Shown piece after piece: positions 1 to 12,300 of a stretch of DNA of 64,000 nucleotides (positions within the stretch are counted from its first letter, which is position 1; every line of letters begins with the position of its first letter). The position numbers were made by a program, and so were the translations under genes. The notes under the pieces were generated by a model. That model was not told the DNA's origin, did not search any database, and saw nothing but the letters and a program-made list of their open reading frames with translations. This stretch comes from Macrostomum lignano (lineage: Eukaryota), in assembly GCA_002269645.1 (NCBI GenBank), contig NIVC01003165.1:1-64000 (forward strand), written 5' to 3'.

Positions 1-259
1 CTTCGAAAGGGCTGGTCTTGCAGTGGCCTTCCGGGTGGTGTCCAAGTCCGGCTCCAAGCTGGTGTCATCATCGTGTCGGGCTGCAGAACCGGGATGCTCA
101 AGCAGTCGGCCATGTTCGAAGTCAACCGTGGTGGTCTCCGGGCGTCTTGACAGGGCGTCGGCGTTGGCGTGGTCCTTGCTTTGCGATGGTGAAGCTGGAA
201 GCGGAACTCGCTCAGTCGCTCAATCCAACGGCCCAAGATGCCTGTGACCTGCGTCTGGT

Positions 260-2844
260 TCAGCAGCCACAGCAAGGCCGATGGTCAGAACGAACTTCAA
301 ACTTCTTGCCAATTAAATAATGACGGAAATGTCGCATCGCGTCCACGATTGCAAGCAGCTCTTTCTTCGTGACCGTGTAGCGCTTCTCAGGATCACGAAG
401 CTTCCGGCTAAAGAATGCAATTGGCGCTCGACGCCGTCGGATTGCCGTTGTCCAAGACAAGCGCCTATGCGAATGTCTGAGGCATCAGTGTCTAGGACAA
501 ACTTCACATCAGGATCTGAGTTAAACTCAGGCAGAGCGAGAACTTCAGTCGAACACAACTTCTTCTTCAACGTGTCGAACGCTACCTGGTGCTCATCAGT
601 CAATGCTGGCCGCAAGGCTGCCGATGTCCTTCGAGTCAGGGCATGCAGCGGCGCAGCAAATCCAGCGTAGCCGTTGACAAACTTGTGGTAGTAATTGGCG
701 AGGCCTAGGAATTGTCTCAGTTGAGTAACGGACTGTGGCACGGGCCAATCACGGATCTGCGCAATCTTGTCCTCCCAGGTCTTCAGGCCGTCGGGAGTCA
801 CGACGTGGCCTAGATAATGCAGCTCCTTGAGGAACAAATGGCACTTCTTCGCTTGACCTAAGGTTGGCTGCGATAATCCGCTGGAGTACAGTCCGCAGGT
901 TGTCCAGCTGCTCCTCGAAGGTCACAGAGTGCACCACGATGTCATCCATGTAGCCAAGCGCAGTCTTTGGCGTCAGGCCGTCCAGGAGCTTGTTGATGCA
1001 ACGCTGAAAGCTGCCTGGACTATCGTGGAGACCCATCGGTAGAACATTGAAACAGAATTGTCCGCGGTCAATCACAGAGAACGCCGTCAGGTGCTGATCG
1101 CAGTCGCGCAGCGGATCTGCCAGAATCCTTGGGCGAGATCCAAGCTAGAGTACCACTGGGCACCACGCAGCTTCGCGAAGGTCTCCTGAATGTGCGGCAG
1201 CGGGTACGGGTGATACACACACTTGTCGTTGAGAGCTCTGAAGTCATGCACCAGCCTGATGTTGCCGTCCTTCTTGGGCACTATCAGCATTGGCGAGTTG
1301 TAGCTAGAGTAAGCTGGGCGAATGATGTGCTTCGCCAGCATCTCGTCTAGCAGCGCGTCTAGCTTGTCCTTCAGATGAGGCGGGATCCTGCGCGGTGGTA
1401 GCGCAACTGGTGTCCGATCCTTCAGGATGATCTCGTGGGTCACCAGGTGTGTCAGGCCAGCGTCTAGCAGATGCTTCGAGAAGGCTGCTTGACACTCAAC
1501 TAGTAGATCTCGCACTCTCTGTCGTTGATCTTCGGACAGCTCGCTGTTGATCTCGACTTCCTCTAGCCAAGCTGTGCTGGACTCTTCAGGGCTCCTTGGC
1601 AAATGTCGCACTTCAGGTTCCGGCGTCTCTTCCAGGTACATCAGGTCGGCAGTTCTAAGTGGTGTCGCAACACCAACGCGGATGCCCGACTGCAGGAACA
1701 CCTCGCAGTCAGCAGTGTTGACGACCTCGATGTAGCCTCGACCTTCAGGCATCGTCATCAGAGCTGGAGCTGCTTCCAGAGTGTTGCAGCTGGGGTGCAG
1801 TCTCGACTTCACCAGCTCGACGATTGATGGCGATCCTCGGTTCTCGGGGTGGCCGACATCCAACTGGACGGCCAACAGCGCTGAGCTTCTCGGCGGCAGA
1901 GTGCACTTCTCGGAGGTGTACACCCGGCATGATTGAAGCTCACGGCGCGAATATCGAACGGGAATGCACGCGCCATTGTTGAACTTTAGCATTCCTTGAG
2001 CGAAGTCCAAGTTCTGGCAGTGCTCACGCATGAAATTAATACCAAGCAAATTTTCACAATCGGTGACCGTGACCAGGAATTCGGTGTCCGCGACGACATC
2101 ACCGAACTCCACCGGGATGATCACCTTACACGCAAGGGGTAGCTGCGTACCGTCGTACATGGTCACGCAATCCGGGATAGCATGCGATATAATACAACGA
2201 GGCATCCGACGTCTAACATTGGCCCAGGTCGACGCTCCAAGAAAGTTTTTCCGACTGCCGCTGTCTAGTAGGAAAGGGACTTCTCGGCCCGCCAATCGGC
2301 CGGTGACGTACGGATCGGCCTCACGCGCATGGATTTTTTGATCATCGGAGGTGTCCACGAAACCTCCGGGCTCCGCGCCACTTACTGACGAGCGACTGTC
2401 GGACTGGGCATTGGCGCCTGCGCAGCCGACATCCTCTTCTTCTCGTGACCTCTCGGAGTCTGCCAAGTAGCCGGGGCTTGGGCTCTTCGGAGGGCGGTGC
2501 CGTGGGCGCTCTCCGGCTGGCCGTTTCCCTGGTTCTGGCGAGCGGGCATTGGCGTTACGGTGGCCTGGCTGACCACAGCCATAGCAGATCATGGCCTTCG
2601 TCGGCGGGCTCGTCTGCTGCTGCTGATCACGCTGAGCCAAGTCGCTGAGCAGCTTCTGCTGCTTCTCGAGTACTTCGGTCAAAGCCAACAGGGCTTGGGC
2701 AGTGGCGTCTGATATCGGGCGAGCGTCCTGCTCCCCGTCCAACATTCTAACCGGGGGTTGAGCGGAGCGCTGGCCAGCTCTCTGGCACCTTCTAGACGGT
2801 GCAGCTCTCGAATTGCGGCAAGCAAGTTGTTTGGGCGCACCCAA
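260..2844 (-). pseudogene. pol: Gag C-terminus plus Pol (PR-RT-RH) of Gypsy A, split across several frames
   Basis: ORFs 1087-2844, 749-1075, 313-837 and 260-460 carry consecutive PR, RT and RNase H motifs (PKKDGNIRLVHDFRALN, MPMGL...YMDD, KKELLAIV..RHFRHYL). Confidence 0.85.
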
Positions 2845-3551
2845 TACAGTCGTTCTCGCAAATCTGGGGTTGTCCGCAGGTCGGCAAGGAACTGATCAGC
2901 CAGCTCCTTCTCGCGGTCCTCGGGATGCATCCTCGGTATGCACGCTCTCCTAGGGTGCGCCGAATCAGCGTACTCTTCTACGGACTCATTCTTGCCTTGC
3001 TGACGCCTCCTTAGAAGCTCTCGATACTCATCAGCGCCACCATGGCGCGCAAATCGCTCGATTAAACGCTGTTTAACCTCCTCGTAGCTGGCGAACCTTG
3101 GCAGATGCATGCTGAGCAGGGCTGGATACGCAGTAGACAGATCTAGACTCGCGATGAGGTGCTGCTTCATCTCGAACGGGTCGACGACTCGCTCCATCTC
3201 GCAACGCTGCTCGAACGCGGCAAGCCAGACATGAATGTCTTGACTTGGAGTAAATTTAACAATCTTAATCTGTTTACTCACCGGTCGCTCTATTTGCTGC
3301 TGCAGCGCTGCCATCATGGTCCTCAGGTCCAATGGTCTGACGGTCTGGCCAAGGTCATCCAAGCCTCGCAGAAGCTCATCTGGCGGGTCCTCGGACACCT
3401 CGCTTCGTACACTTCGCCTCGGCGCGGGCCTCTGACAGAAGTCACCGGTCGTTGCTGCTGCCGCGGCGGCGTCTGCTGCCGCAGGCCTCGAACTGCTGAT
3501 GTGCTGATCCAGCCGGCTGCTACTCCGGCTCTCGTCTCGCTCGTTGAACAT
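2679..3551 (-). CDS. gag: Gag (capsid-like) of Gypsy A; frameshifted before the CxxC-GH zinc knuckle
   Basis: KFTPSQDIHVWLAAFEQRC and RRRQQGKNESVEEYAD motifs; clearly homologous to Gag of element B (KYTPNQDIDVWIQAFEQRC). The knuckle ICYGCGQPGHR is in the next frame. Confidence 0.85.
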   Translation of the reverse strand: MFNERDESRSSSRLDQHISSSRPAAADAAAAAATTGDFCQRPAPRRSVRSEVSEDPPDELLRGLDDLGQTVRPLDLRTMMAALQQQIERPVSKQIKIVKFTPSQDIHVWLAAFEQRCEMERVVDPFEMKQHLIASLDLSTAYPALLSMHLPRFASYEEVKQRLIERFARHGGADEYRELLRRRQQGKNESVEEYADSAHPRRACIPRMHPEDREKELADQFLADLRTTPDLRERLYWVRPNNLLAAIRELHRLEGARELASAPLNPRLECWTGSRTLARYQTPLPKPCWL

Positions 3552-3620
3552 GCTGATCTCGTAGCTGACCGAAAAGTCGTTCTCGAAAAAGGGCGGTTGG
3601 CTTGGGTGTTTCGAAGTCGG

Positions 3621-3638
3621 ATCCCACCGCTGCCACCA
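3621..3638 (-). promoter_or_regulatory. Primer-binding site, 18 nt complementary to the tRNA-Leu (AAG/TAG type) 3' end
   Basis: Plus strand ATCCCACCGCTGCCACCA is the conserved eukaryotic tRNA-Leu 3' end including CCA. On the minus strand it follows ...ACTTCA-C. Confidence 0.85.
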
Positions 3639-3696
3639 GTGAAGTGGTTGCTTGTACTTTCCTCGATAGCGTCTAGAGGTGGCCTGGTAGGTCTTT

Positions 3697-3715
3697 GAAT
3701 CCCACCGCTGCCCCA
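3697..3715 (-). promoter_or_regulatory. Second tandem tRNA-Leu PBS copy (one base missing)
   Basis: GAATCCCACCGCTGCC-CCA followed by the same GTGAAGT context as the first copy, about 77 bp away. Confidence 0.75.
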
Positions 3716-4627
3716 GTGAAGTACTTGGTTCCGGCTACTTCCCTGTCAGTCACGTGAGCTGCCTACTTTGAGCTCTTGGTAGACTCTCCCAGGAAGCCTT
3801 CTAGCAATTCTTAGTAGCGTTGGTAGTGCTGCCACCAGCCCGCTCGGATCTTGTCCTTCGATGAGGGAGACTCCGGGCTGAGCGAAATAAACGAGACACG
3901 AGAACTCAGCACGCCGTGCAGGTTTGACAGTTCGTACCGGTGCACACCTCGTCAGCGGTCCTGCCGGGCTCAAGTGCGGGGATGAGGAACTGTGCTAGTC
4001 TCTGTTAGTTCGGTTGGGCTTTAACACACTCAAAGACACACAGTCGAAGATGGATCAGAAATCAGATAGGTTGGCTAAGGCCTAGCGCAAGCTGCGCTGG
4101 ACTTCCAAGAGAGCAGTTATTAGAAGAGTTAACTCATAGGTAAACGAGAGGTTTCACAGAGGGTCGGGCGGTTGCCAAACAGAGGCACGAGAGGCCCGTA
4201 CTTATAGGGTAGCGGATCGATTTCACCATACCGTGCAACACCCATTGCGCCAGAGTGCGCAAGGCCGCTCTCACTGCCCCCAATCTGGCGTGAATCAGTT
4301 CTATTTTTAGAAACAGGCGCGGAACCCTCAATTTGAGAGGCAAGGACGCCATTCCTAATTTAGAGCCTGACACCCGAGATTGCACAAGGCAGCGCAAGAA
4401 AAGGACAGAGCGCCGGGGCACGTGATCCGCTCCCGTACGGCCAGACAGAGAGTACAGCCAGAACTGGCTGGACTCGAGCCAAGAGAACGCAGCCACACAA
4501 AAAGGGGGGAAGGAGACAGACAAAGAATGAAACAAGGACAGGCTGAGCGGAGAAGCTCAGACGCTGGAACGCAAACGAACCGGAAAAAGGGGGGACAAAA
4601 GGGAGCGCAGGCAGACAAAAGGACAAC

Positions 4628-4696
4628 GAGGGAGGGAGAGGGAGAGAGGGAGTGGGAGAGGGAGAGAGAGAGGGAGAGGGAGAGAGGGAGGGAGAG
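4628..4696 (+). repeat. GA-rich polypurine tract inside the putative LTR of Gypsy A
   Basis: Imperfect (GGGAGA/GA)n run. Confidence 0.85.
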
Positions 4697-5198
4697 CTGC
4701 GGCCAGCGGCAGCCAACAGCTCAGGAGGGCGCAGGGCACAGCTGACAAAGGGGGCACCTAACACTAAACTAGTGCTCACTTCAGATGCTACGCTCGATTT
4801 TCTATGAAATGGGCTCGAGGCCGGTAAGGAATGCATAAATATAGTGCGTTCTGTATGCTCTAGAGAACGCATACGCACTTGAAAAATCCGATCTTTTGAG
4901 AGAATACAATTCTGGTGATGATCTGACGGCATGTACGAGCTAACTACAAGAAGCTTGACTGACGACACAAGCGTATTTAAAGCCCAAAACCTGGTGTTTG
5001 TGCAGCTACGAGTGTTTCAGTAGCTTTATTCGACTTCTGTTTTACATCCACGAGACTTGATTAAATACGAGTAGTCCACTCTTAATCTGAATGCAGCAAA
5101 GCAATTAACTGTGTAACATATGTAGCTTTGGTTGTCAAGTCCTTCAATGTTGATAACTGGAGCATCTTCATCGATCAGTCAGTCCTCCAGATGTTCTT

Positions 5199-7943
5199 TC
5201 AGTTCGAAGCCGATTGCATTGGGTTCGCAGGCACGGTCCAGCCCACTGGCACGCCATTTTTAGCGTTGTAGTCCTTCAGCCAGTTGTGCAGCGGCTGGAA
5301 GTACTCCATCAGTGCATCGGCCGAGATGTCCCTTCGGCCGGTCAGCTGTTGGAGAGCGTCCGGCCACGGCTTGGACCGGCCGAGTTGCAGCATGCGCCTG
5401 TTAGTAAAATTGATCGATTTTTGCTTTGGACACGAGCGAACTTGCATAAAATCTTTCAACGAAGCTCTGAATAAAATAAGAATATTTCTGCTTCCATTAC
5501 TTCTGGCTTTAACACAGCTCTTACCGCAGTTTATCTCCGGCAGCGGTTGATTTGTAGAAGTCGCAGGTAGACAATGGTCCTTTGTGACCGGCTTCTTCGC
5601 ACATGGCCTTATAGAATTGGAACTTTAGCAGAAAGCTAATGAAGTATCTGAAATGCGATTAAGCAAGACAAGCAGTCGTTTATTTTACTTCAACAAATAA
5701 CGAAAAGTAGTGATGCGTTTCTTTTCTGGGCAAAAGCACTATTTTGTATTCACTGTTCAGGGCACCCACCTTACGTAACCGATGTTCTTCGCGGCATGGT
5801 ACTTGGACAGAGCGTCGGTATCCGCCTCGGATCTTGAGACTGAAGGACCAACACCGGCGTAGAGGCCCCTCAGCCGCCACCAGTCCTGGTTGAGTTGTTC
5901 CTTCGGCACCTTACCGCTAATGTATCGCCACTTCCAAAGGTCAACCGTCATTGCAAACGGTAGGAACATGACGTTTTCGAGAGCTTGCGTTAGTTGTGTG
6001 TTCACTTGAGACTCTGGAAAGTGTTAATGTTACTCAGTACGAACTCTTCCTTTAAAAAAGAACGCGGAATATTTGAATTGCCATATTTACGTACCATGCG
6101 TATCATTTAAATGTTTGGCAAACTTAATAGCCTGAAAGTGCTCTGCCGTCTTCACAGATAATGTGATTGTGTCTCCAATAGCCTCGTGAAAGCCACTATT
6201 CGCGCTACCTTGGAACAGGACCGGCTGGTGAGAGTACAGCATGAAGTACATTATGTGTCCCATCTCGTGATGAACCGTGCTGAAGCTGCTCATGTCCATT
6301 CGGGTGCACATCTTGATGCGGAAGTCGTCTCTTGACGCGCTGTGCATGTCGAAAGCGGTTCCATGGCAGTTCATCTTGTGGTCCTTCGGCTTTAGAAACA
6401 CGCTCTTACGCCAGAATGTTTCTGTCATCTTTGGCAGTCCCAGACTTCTGTAGAACTCGTCGGCGACGTGAGGAAGCTGTGGCACAGTCAGGAGACCACG
6501 CCTCTCCCTGTCCTTGAGAATGCCGTCGAAATCGATGGACTCGGCTGCTGGGAACGGAACGAACTCATTGTGCCACTTTGTGTATTGGGATCCCCAAGGA
6601 TCATCGCCAAGATGACCAGGTAGAAGCCCGTTAGCTGCAAATTTTCCTGGATACTTCTGGTGCAGTCGGTGTCTTAGGTAGGCGTGCAGCTGCTCGTAGA
6701 GGGGTTTGAACTGGTTGTAGAGCGAGACGACTGTTTCCGGGAACTTTGGGTCCTCGAAATCGGTGAAATATTCAAAGAATGCGTAGTTTTTAAAGCCTGA
6801 AAGATGAATGAAATTCAATAAAGGTTTTGGTTGTCCAAAGCTGAATCGAGATAGTAGCTATTCAAAATGTAACCAATAACTGCCGAAAGCTCACCCGCAG
6901 GTCGAACGGATTCGTTGAGCAGCTGAGCTCTCTCTACGAACGCGTTTCGGAACTTTGCGCCAGTCGCATTGCGCCAAGACTTCCACAGATACCGCAGCTG
7001 GTCGTAGTCATTTTTGGTGCGAAAGAAGTTTTTCACGTTGTCCTCACCGCTGTCCAGGCACTTTCCTGGCGCGTAGCAGCCGACAGCCGTGTCGTAGCTT
7101 TGGCTCATCTGTGAATCCAGGTTTGACATCCGGCTAAGACAGGTAGGTGGTGGATGAGAGTAGGTTAGTTGTGGAAATCTGAGAGCTGTTCCAACTAATG
7201 TTATTTGTCTTACCTGGAATCCTTTCTTCTTCCGAACACCATGTTCCACTGCAGATCCCGGAGCATCCTTGCATCAGAAGCTGACAAACCGCTCATGCGT
7301 TTGCCTTTGAACTTCAGTGCAAAAAGCGTTAGCTTGCTGCTGAACCTGCGGTATTTTGTGTCCACTCTAGTCAACTGAAAGTAGATGATGGGACAGTATG
7401 GTGGTAGATGGTTGTAGATGGGACTGTGATACTGTTGCTATATCAGCTAAAACACTTTTCCTAAAGAGCGCAGTCTTAAAACCCTGCCCCCCTTTTAACT
7501 GAACCTTACCAACTCCTTGTTCCTCTTGTTGATGTTGACGTTGTAGTGAAAGGAAGCCAGAGAAGATCGGTGCTTCCGCTTTCTGAGCTGCTGGTTGGCA
7601 AAGTGGATGAACCGACGGGCGCATTTTGTCAGCTGAGATTCGGTCAGGCCGTCAAGGCTGTACTTCCAGCCTGATAATAGTGCAGATTTCGATCGATAAA
7701 TGCGCTGATAGTTAAATTTGGAGCTGTAATTTATTTAGATAAATTGTCTAATATTTTCTAATAAAATATCTCACAATGCTTCCTGTGCTGGTCCCGCCTG
7801 AGTTTCATCAACAGGTGGCTGAGCTCGCTGGACTCATCGTCACGAAACCGATAGGCGTCGGCGCACAGGGCAAAAACTGCCATCACGGCGACTGCGAGCA
7901 GCAAGAGTCCGACGGGCCGGGTCGGCGAGCTGCTGAGCGTCAT
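5199..7943 (-). CDS. Angiotensin-converting-enzyme-like zinc metallopeptidase (M2), single domain, secreted; copy 1, multi-exon
   Basis: Signal peptide exon 7775-7943 ([19 protein letters not shown]); HHEMGH and GFHEAIGD zinc motifs (exon about 6087-6795); [16 protein letters not shown] and [11 protein letters not shown]...YFQPL..WL exons; GT-AG junctions; no C-terminal TM helix. Confidence 0.92.
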
Positions 7944-9321
7944 CGTGCCGCGTTTGTCTTGCTATCGAACAAAAGTTTGTTATATGAGATTTGTGAACTT
8001 GCACAGGCCAAAGCTGTATCAATTTATGTGAGAGCACAACGCCAAAAAAGGGTTTTGCAGACCTTTTTATGTATGAGAGCGCCTCAAGCTTTATGATGCA
8101 CTTACTTAGCTCACCCTTTGCACATTGTGGACATGCTTGTCACATGCCTCTCCCTCTCTACCCGCAACTCGTTTGTCTTCCGGCCTGTCAGCTCGAGCCT
8201 CAACCCCCGCCCCAACCTCACTCTCTAAAATCTTGGATTTCGGCCTCAGTGAGGTGCCATTGTTCCTTCGCCCCGCTTTGCTCTGCCAGCATCTGCTGCT
8301 TTCTGCATGGCTGATTCGTAGCTCATTTTGGGCGCGGCTGCTTGCCTGCGCGCAGAGTTAAAACAACCTTCATCTCCAGCCGCCTCACACCATCGCATGG
8401 AACTGTGCAAACCCACGTCGCAGAGCAGTTTACTCTTAGGGAGGGTTGGATGACAATTATGCAGGTAGAAGGTGAACACGTGCCCCAACCAGCTCATGAC
8501 CAACGAGTCTAGGTGTACGCATTTGTTAGCAGAATGCTCGCAAACAGGCTTTACCCGAAGTGGTCGCTACAGTACGTTCATAAAGAATCTATCTTAAGTA
8601 TACAGTAACCAGTTTAATCTTGTTGAAAGATGCAAAGCATTTCAGCTTGACTCGTTAAATATTAGATGTTGGAAAACATGATGTCAATCAAAAAGTTTGT
8701 TTGCAAAGCTTTAAGGAGTTTAAGCACTGCATTGGATCCCGTGCCAGCGGTTCGATAATCGCCGTTTAATTAAAGCTGCGCACTTCTTTCAAAGTATTTT
8801 TTGGAAGAAATACATTGCATAATGTTAAATGTCTTTCATCACAGCAATTACAACTCTCTCGGTTAGAAAATAATTAAATGTGATAAACAGATAGAAAATA
8901 GTTTAGAAAACAGTTTCTTGAAAAGTCATGCAGGTTCGAAGGAACATAAATTATGGCATAACTTGTTAATTAAAAAACTCTCAAAAACCATATTTAAAAA
9001 TATTGATTCATCATAAACTACGAAAAAATACACTACGGAGATAGGAAGTTTTCTATTGCTTTCGATAGGAAGCAGACCCAATATTCATCTTTTGATATGT
9101 TGTGCCTTTCTTATAGCTCTATTGATATTTATAAAGGTTTCCCGTTCTTCTAGTTGAGTAGTCCCTGTGTGCAACGTTCTTACAAGTTCTTAAAGTTCTT
9201 ATAAGAGACAAACAAACGAATTCGCTTTGATGTATTTCATTCGTTCCTCTAAAAATCGATGTTTTCAGAATTTGTGATGATTTATGCAAAAATATCCCTA
9301 CAAATTCGTAATTCGGTGCGA

Positions 9322-12300
9322 TCAGTTCGAAGCCGATTGCATTGGGTTCGCAGGCACGGTCCAGCCCACTGGCACGCCATTCTTAGCGTTGTAGTCCTTC
9401 AGCCAGTTGTTCAGCGGCTGGAAATACTCCATCAGTGCATCGGCCGAGATGTCCCTCCGGCCGGTCAGCTGTTGTAGAGCATCCGGCCAAGGCTTGGACC
9501 GGCCGAGCCGCAGAGTGCGTCTAAGTGAAAAAATATAATTCTGAAGTTTGCTCACAAAACGTGTGTACTTTGTCTGTGTGTAAGGTTGCTTCACTCAGTA
9601 TCCCCTCACCTGAGCTTATCTCCGGCAGCGGTTGACCTGTAGAAATCGCACGTGGCCAAGGATCCCAAATGTCCAGCTTCCTGGCACAGGGCCTTGTAGA
9701 ATTGGAACTTCAGCAGGAAGCTGACAAAATATCTGAAATTGGAAAAAGAAGCGCGTCACCTGTTAAGCGACTGAAAGTTGACTTTTATATTGTCTGTATG
9801 TAATTGGTTTAAAAGAAGATGCAGTAGGTGACATTTATGTTTGATTAGGCTTCAGTTCTTTATGATCAACAGTTGGATCAATAACTGTACCTGATGTAGC
9901 TCACATCGATTGCTAAATGAAACTTGGACAGAGCGTCAGTGTCAGCCTCAGATCTTGTCACTGGCGGCCCGATTCCCCCAAACCGACTTCTGATCTGCCA
10001 CCAGTCCTGGTTGAGCTGCTCCTTGGGTACCTGACCACCGAAATAGCGCCACTTCCATAGGTCCGCAACCAATGCGTAAGGAAGAAACATGACATTTGCC
10101 AGTGCTTGAGTAAACAGATTGTTCACAAGAGACTCTGGAAAAAATGCAAAAGAGTTCGATTATTACAAAAACTCCTTAACTACTAATATGGCAACAAAAT
10201 CATTTCGCATCGCTACTGGATGACCCTAATATGCCTTAACCACTGAAGTATACAAACTTACTGTCACTACTTCATAAACTTGCACAGGATCGGATGTATA
10301 TCAAAAGGTTTAAAACTGAAATAGCATTCGTTTCTCACCAGAAGTGTCGTTTGTGTGCTGGATAAACTTAATGGCCTTAAAATGTTTCGGCGTCAGAACG
10401 GACAGCGTAATCGTATCGCCAATAGCCTCGTGAAAGCCCCCGTTCGCTCCCCTTCGAAAAATGACCGGCTGGTGAGAGTACAGCATGAAGTACATTATGT
10501 GTCCCATCTCGTGATGAACCGTGCTGAAGCTGCTCATGTCCATTCGGGTGCACATCTTGATGCGGAAGTCGTCTCTTGACGCGCTGTGCATATCGAAAGC
10601 GGTTCCATGGCAGTTCATCTTGTGGTCCTTCGGCTTTAGAAAGACGCTCTTACGCCAGAATGTGTCTGTCATCTTTGGCAGTCCCAGACTTCTGTAGAAC
10701 TCGTCGGCGACGTGAGGAAGCTGTGGCACAGTCAGGAGACCACGCCTCTCCCTGTCCTTGAGAATGCCGTCGAAATCGATGGACTCGGCTGCTGGGAACG
10801 GAACGAACTCATTGTGCCACTTTGTGTATTGGGATCCCCAAGGATCGTCACCAAGATGACCAGGTAGAAGCCCGTTAGCAGCAAATTTTCCAGGATACTT
10901 CTGGTGCAGTCGGTGTCTTAGGTAGGCGTGCAGCTGCTCGTAGAGGGGTTTGAACTGGTTGTAGAGCGACACGACTGTTTCCGGGAACTTTGGGTCTTCA
11001 AAAGCAGTAAAGTAATCGAAGTAGGCGTAATCTCGGAAGCCTAAAATTGAAAAGAACTCTTCAATTTTTAAAAAATATTTTAGAAAACACTTCACCAATA
11101 GGCGTTGCCAGTACTAAATATCACTGAAGCAATAAATAATTGCATCGCGCTTCACTCACCGGAAGGCCAAACGGATTCGTTGAGCAGCTGAGCTCTCTCC
11201 ACGAACGCGTTTCGGAACTTTGCGCCAGTCGCATCGCGCCAGGACTTCCACAGATACCGCAGCTGGTCGTAGTCCTTTTTGGTGCGGAAGAAGTTTTCCA
11301 CGTTGTCCTCACCGCTGTCCAGGCACTTTCCTGGCGCGTAGCAACCGACTGCTTGGTTGTAGTCTTGCATTATTCTCGACTGAACTTGATTGTAACGGCT
11401 GAAACAAGAGCCATCCGCAATGCTAAGTGACAGGGTACGTACGGGGGGGGCTTAACTCAGCGATTGTAAACTGCAGCTTACAGCAGATTGCGGTTACTCT
11501 TGAAGACCTGCTTTCCCTGCAGAAGCTTCATCATTCTGGCCTCTCGGCGGCTGAGTTTCATCTTAAACTTTTTAAACTTGAGTGCGAACAGCGTTAGCCG
11601 GCTAGAGAACTTTTCCAGTCCAGCCTTCGCACGCTTCAGCTGTTAAAGATGGAAGTAGAGGGATACATTTAAAATCTATATCAAATAATATTTCTTATTT
11701 TGCGATTGTGTTATTGAACGAAAATGCCAAATAAAAATAAATACTCTTTGGTAAAACAGCCAAAGAACGACGCGGACGCATCTTGCTTTAATTACATCAG
11801 CCAACTCAAACCGCGCGTCGCTCAACTCATGTTGCTACAGAAGTTTTGCCGAATAGATTGTAACAAATACGAAATTGCCACTGTTTACGAGTGACTGAAC
11901 GCTATTTTTAGCTAATGCAGCAGTACATAGTGATAAAAGTACCAACCAACTGCCTGTTCTTCTCTGAGATGTCCGTTTCGTATCGAAACGAGGCCAAGTC
12001 TTCTCTGTGGTCCCAGACTCGAAGCCAATGATTTGAGTAGCGCAGAAACTGGCGAGCGCATCGAGTCCGCTGACTCAGACTGAGACGTGATAGATTTCCC
12101 TGCCAGCCTGAAACAGCATTCAATTGTCTTAACTGGCTGCTTTTAAATGCTCAAATCACTTTTGATGATCGAAATGAGCTTTTAAGGCATTCATATCAAA
12201 ACGAACACTAATCTCGAGGACTACACGCCAGCTCGTCCTGCCAGCTCGTCCGCTACCTAAGGGCTACCGGGCGAGTGACAATAGTCCACCTCCTGGACTG

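Larger units (their letters stand above)
1..4763 (-). mobile_element. Ty3/Gypsy LTR retrotransposon A (5' LTR, gag, PR, RT, RNase H; continues off the window start)
   Basis: Gag 2679-3551; protease FLLDSGS; RT YMDD (749-1075); RNase H LDTDASD (313-837); order PR-RT-RH; tRNA-Leu PBS at 3621-3638. The right boundary is a guess from a TGTTAGG start on the minus strand at 4763, because the partner LTR is outside the window. Confidence 0.9.

Noticed and set aside
4360-4968. 202-aa ORF with an SPSPS repeat
   Set aside because: It arises from the GA/CT tract and LTR sequence and spans the presumed element boundary.
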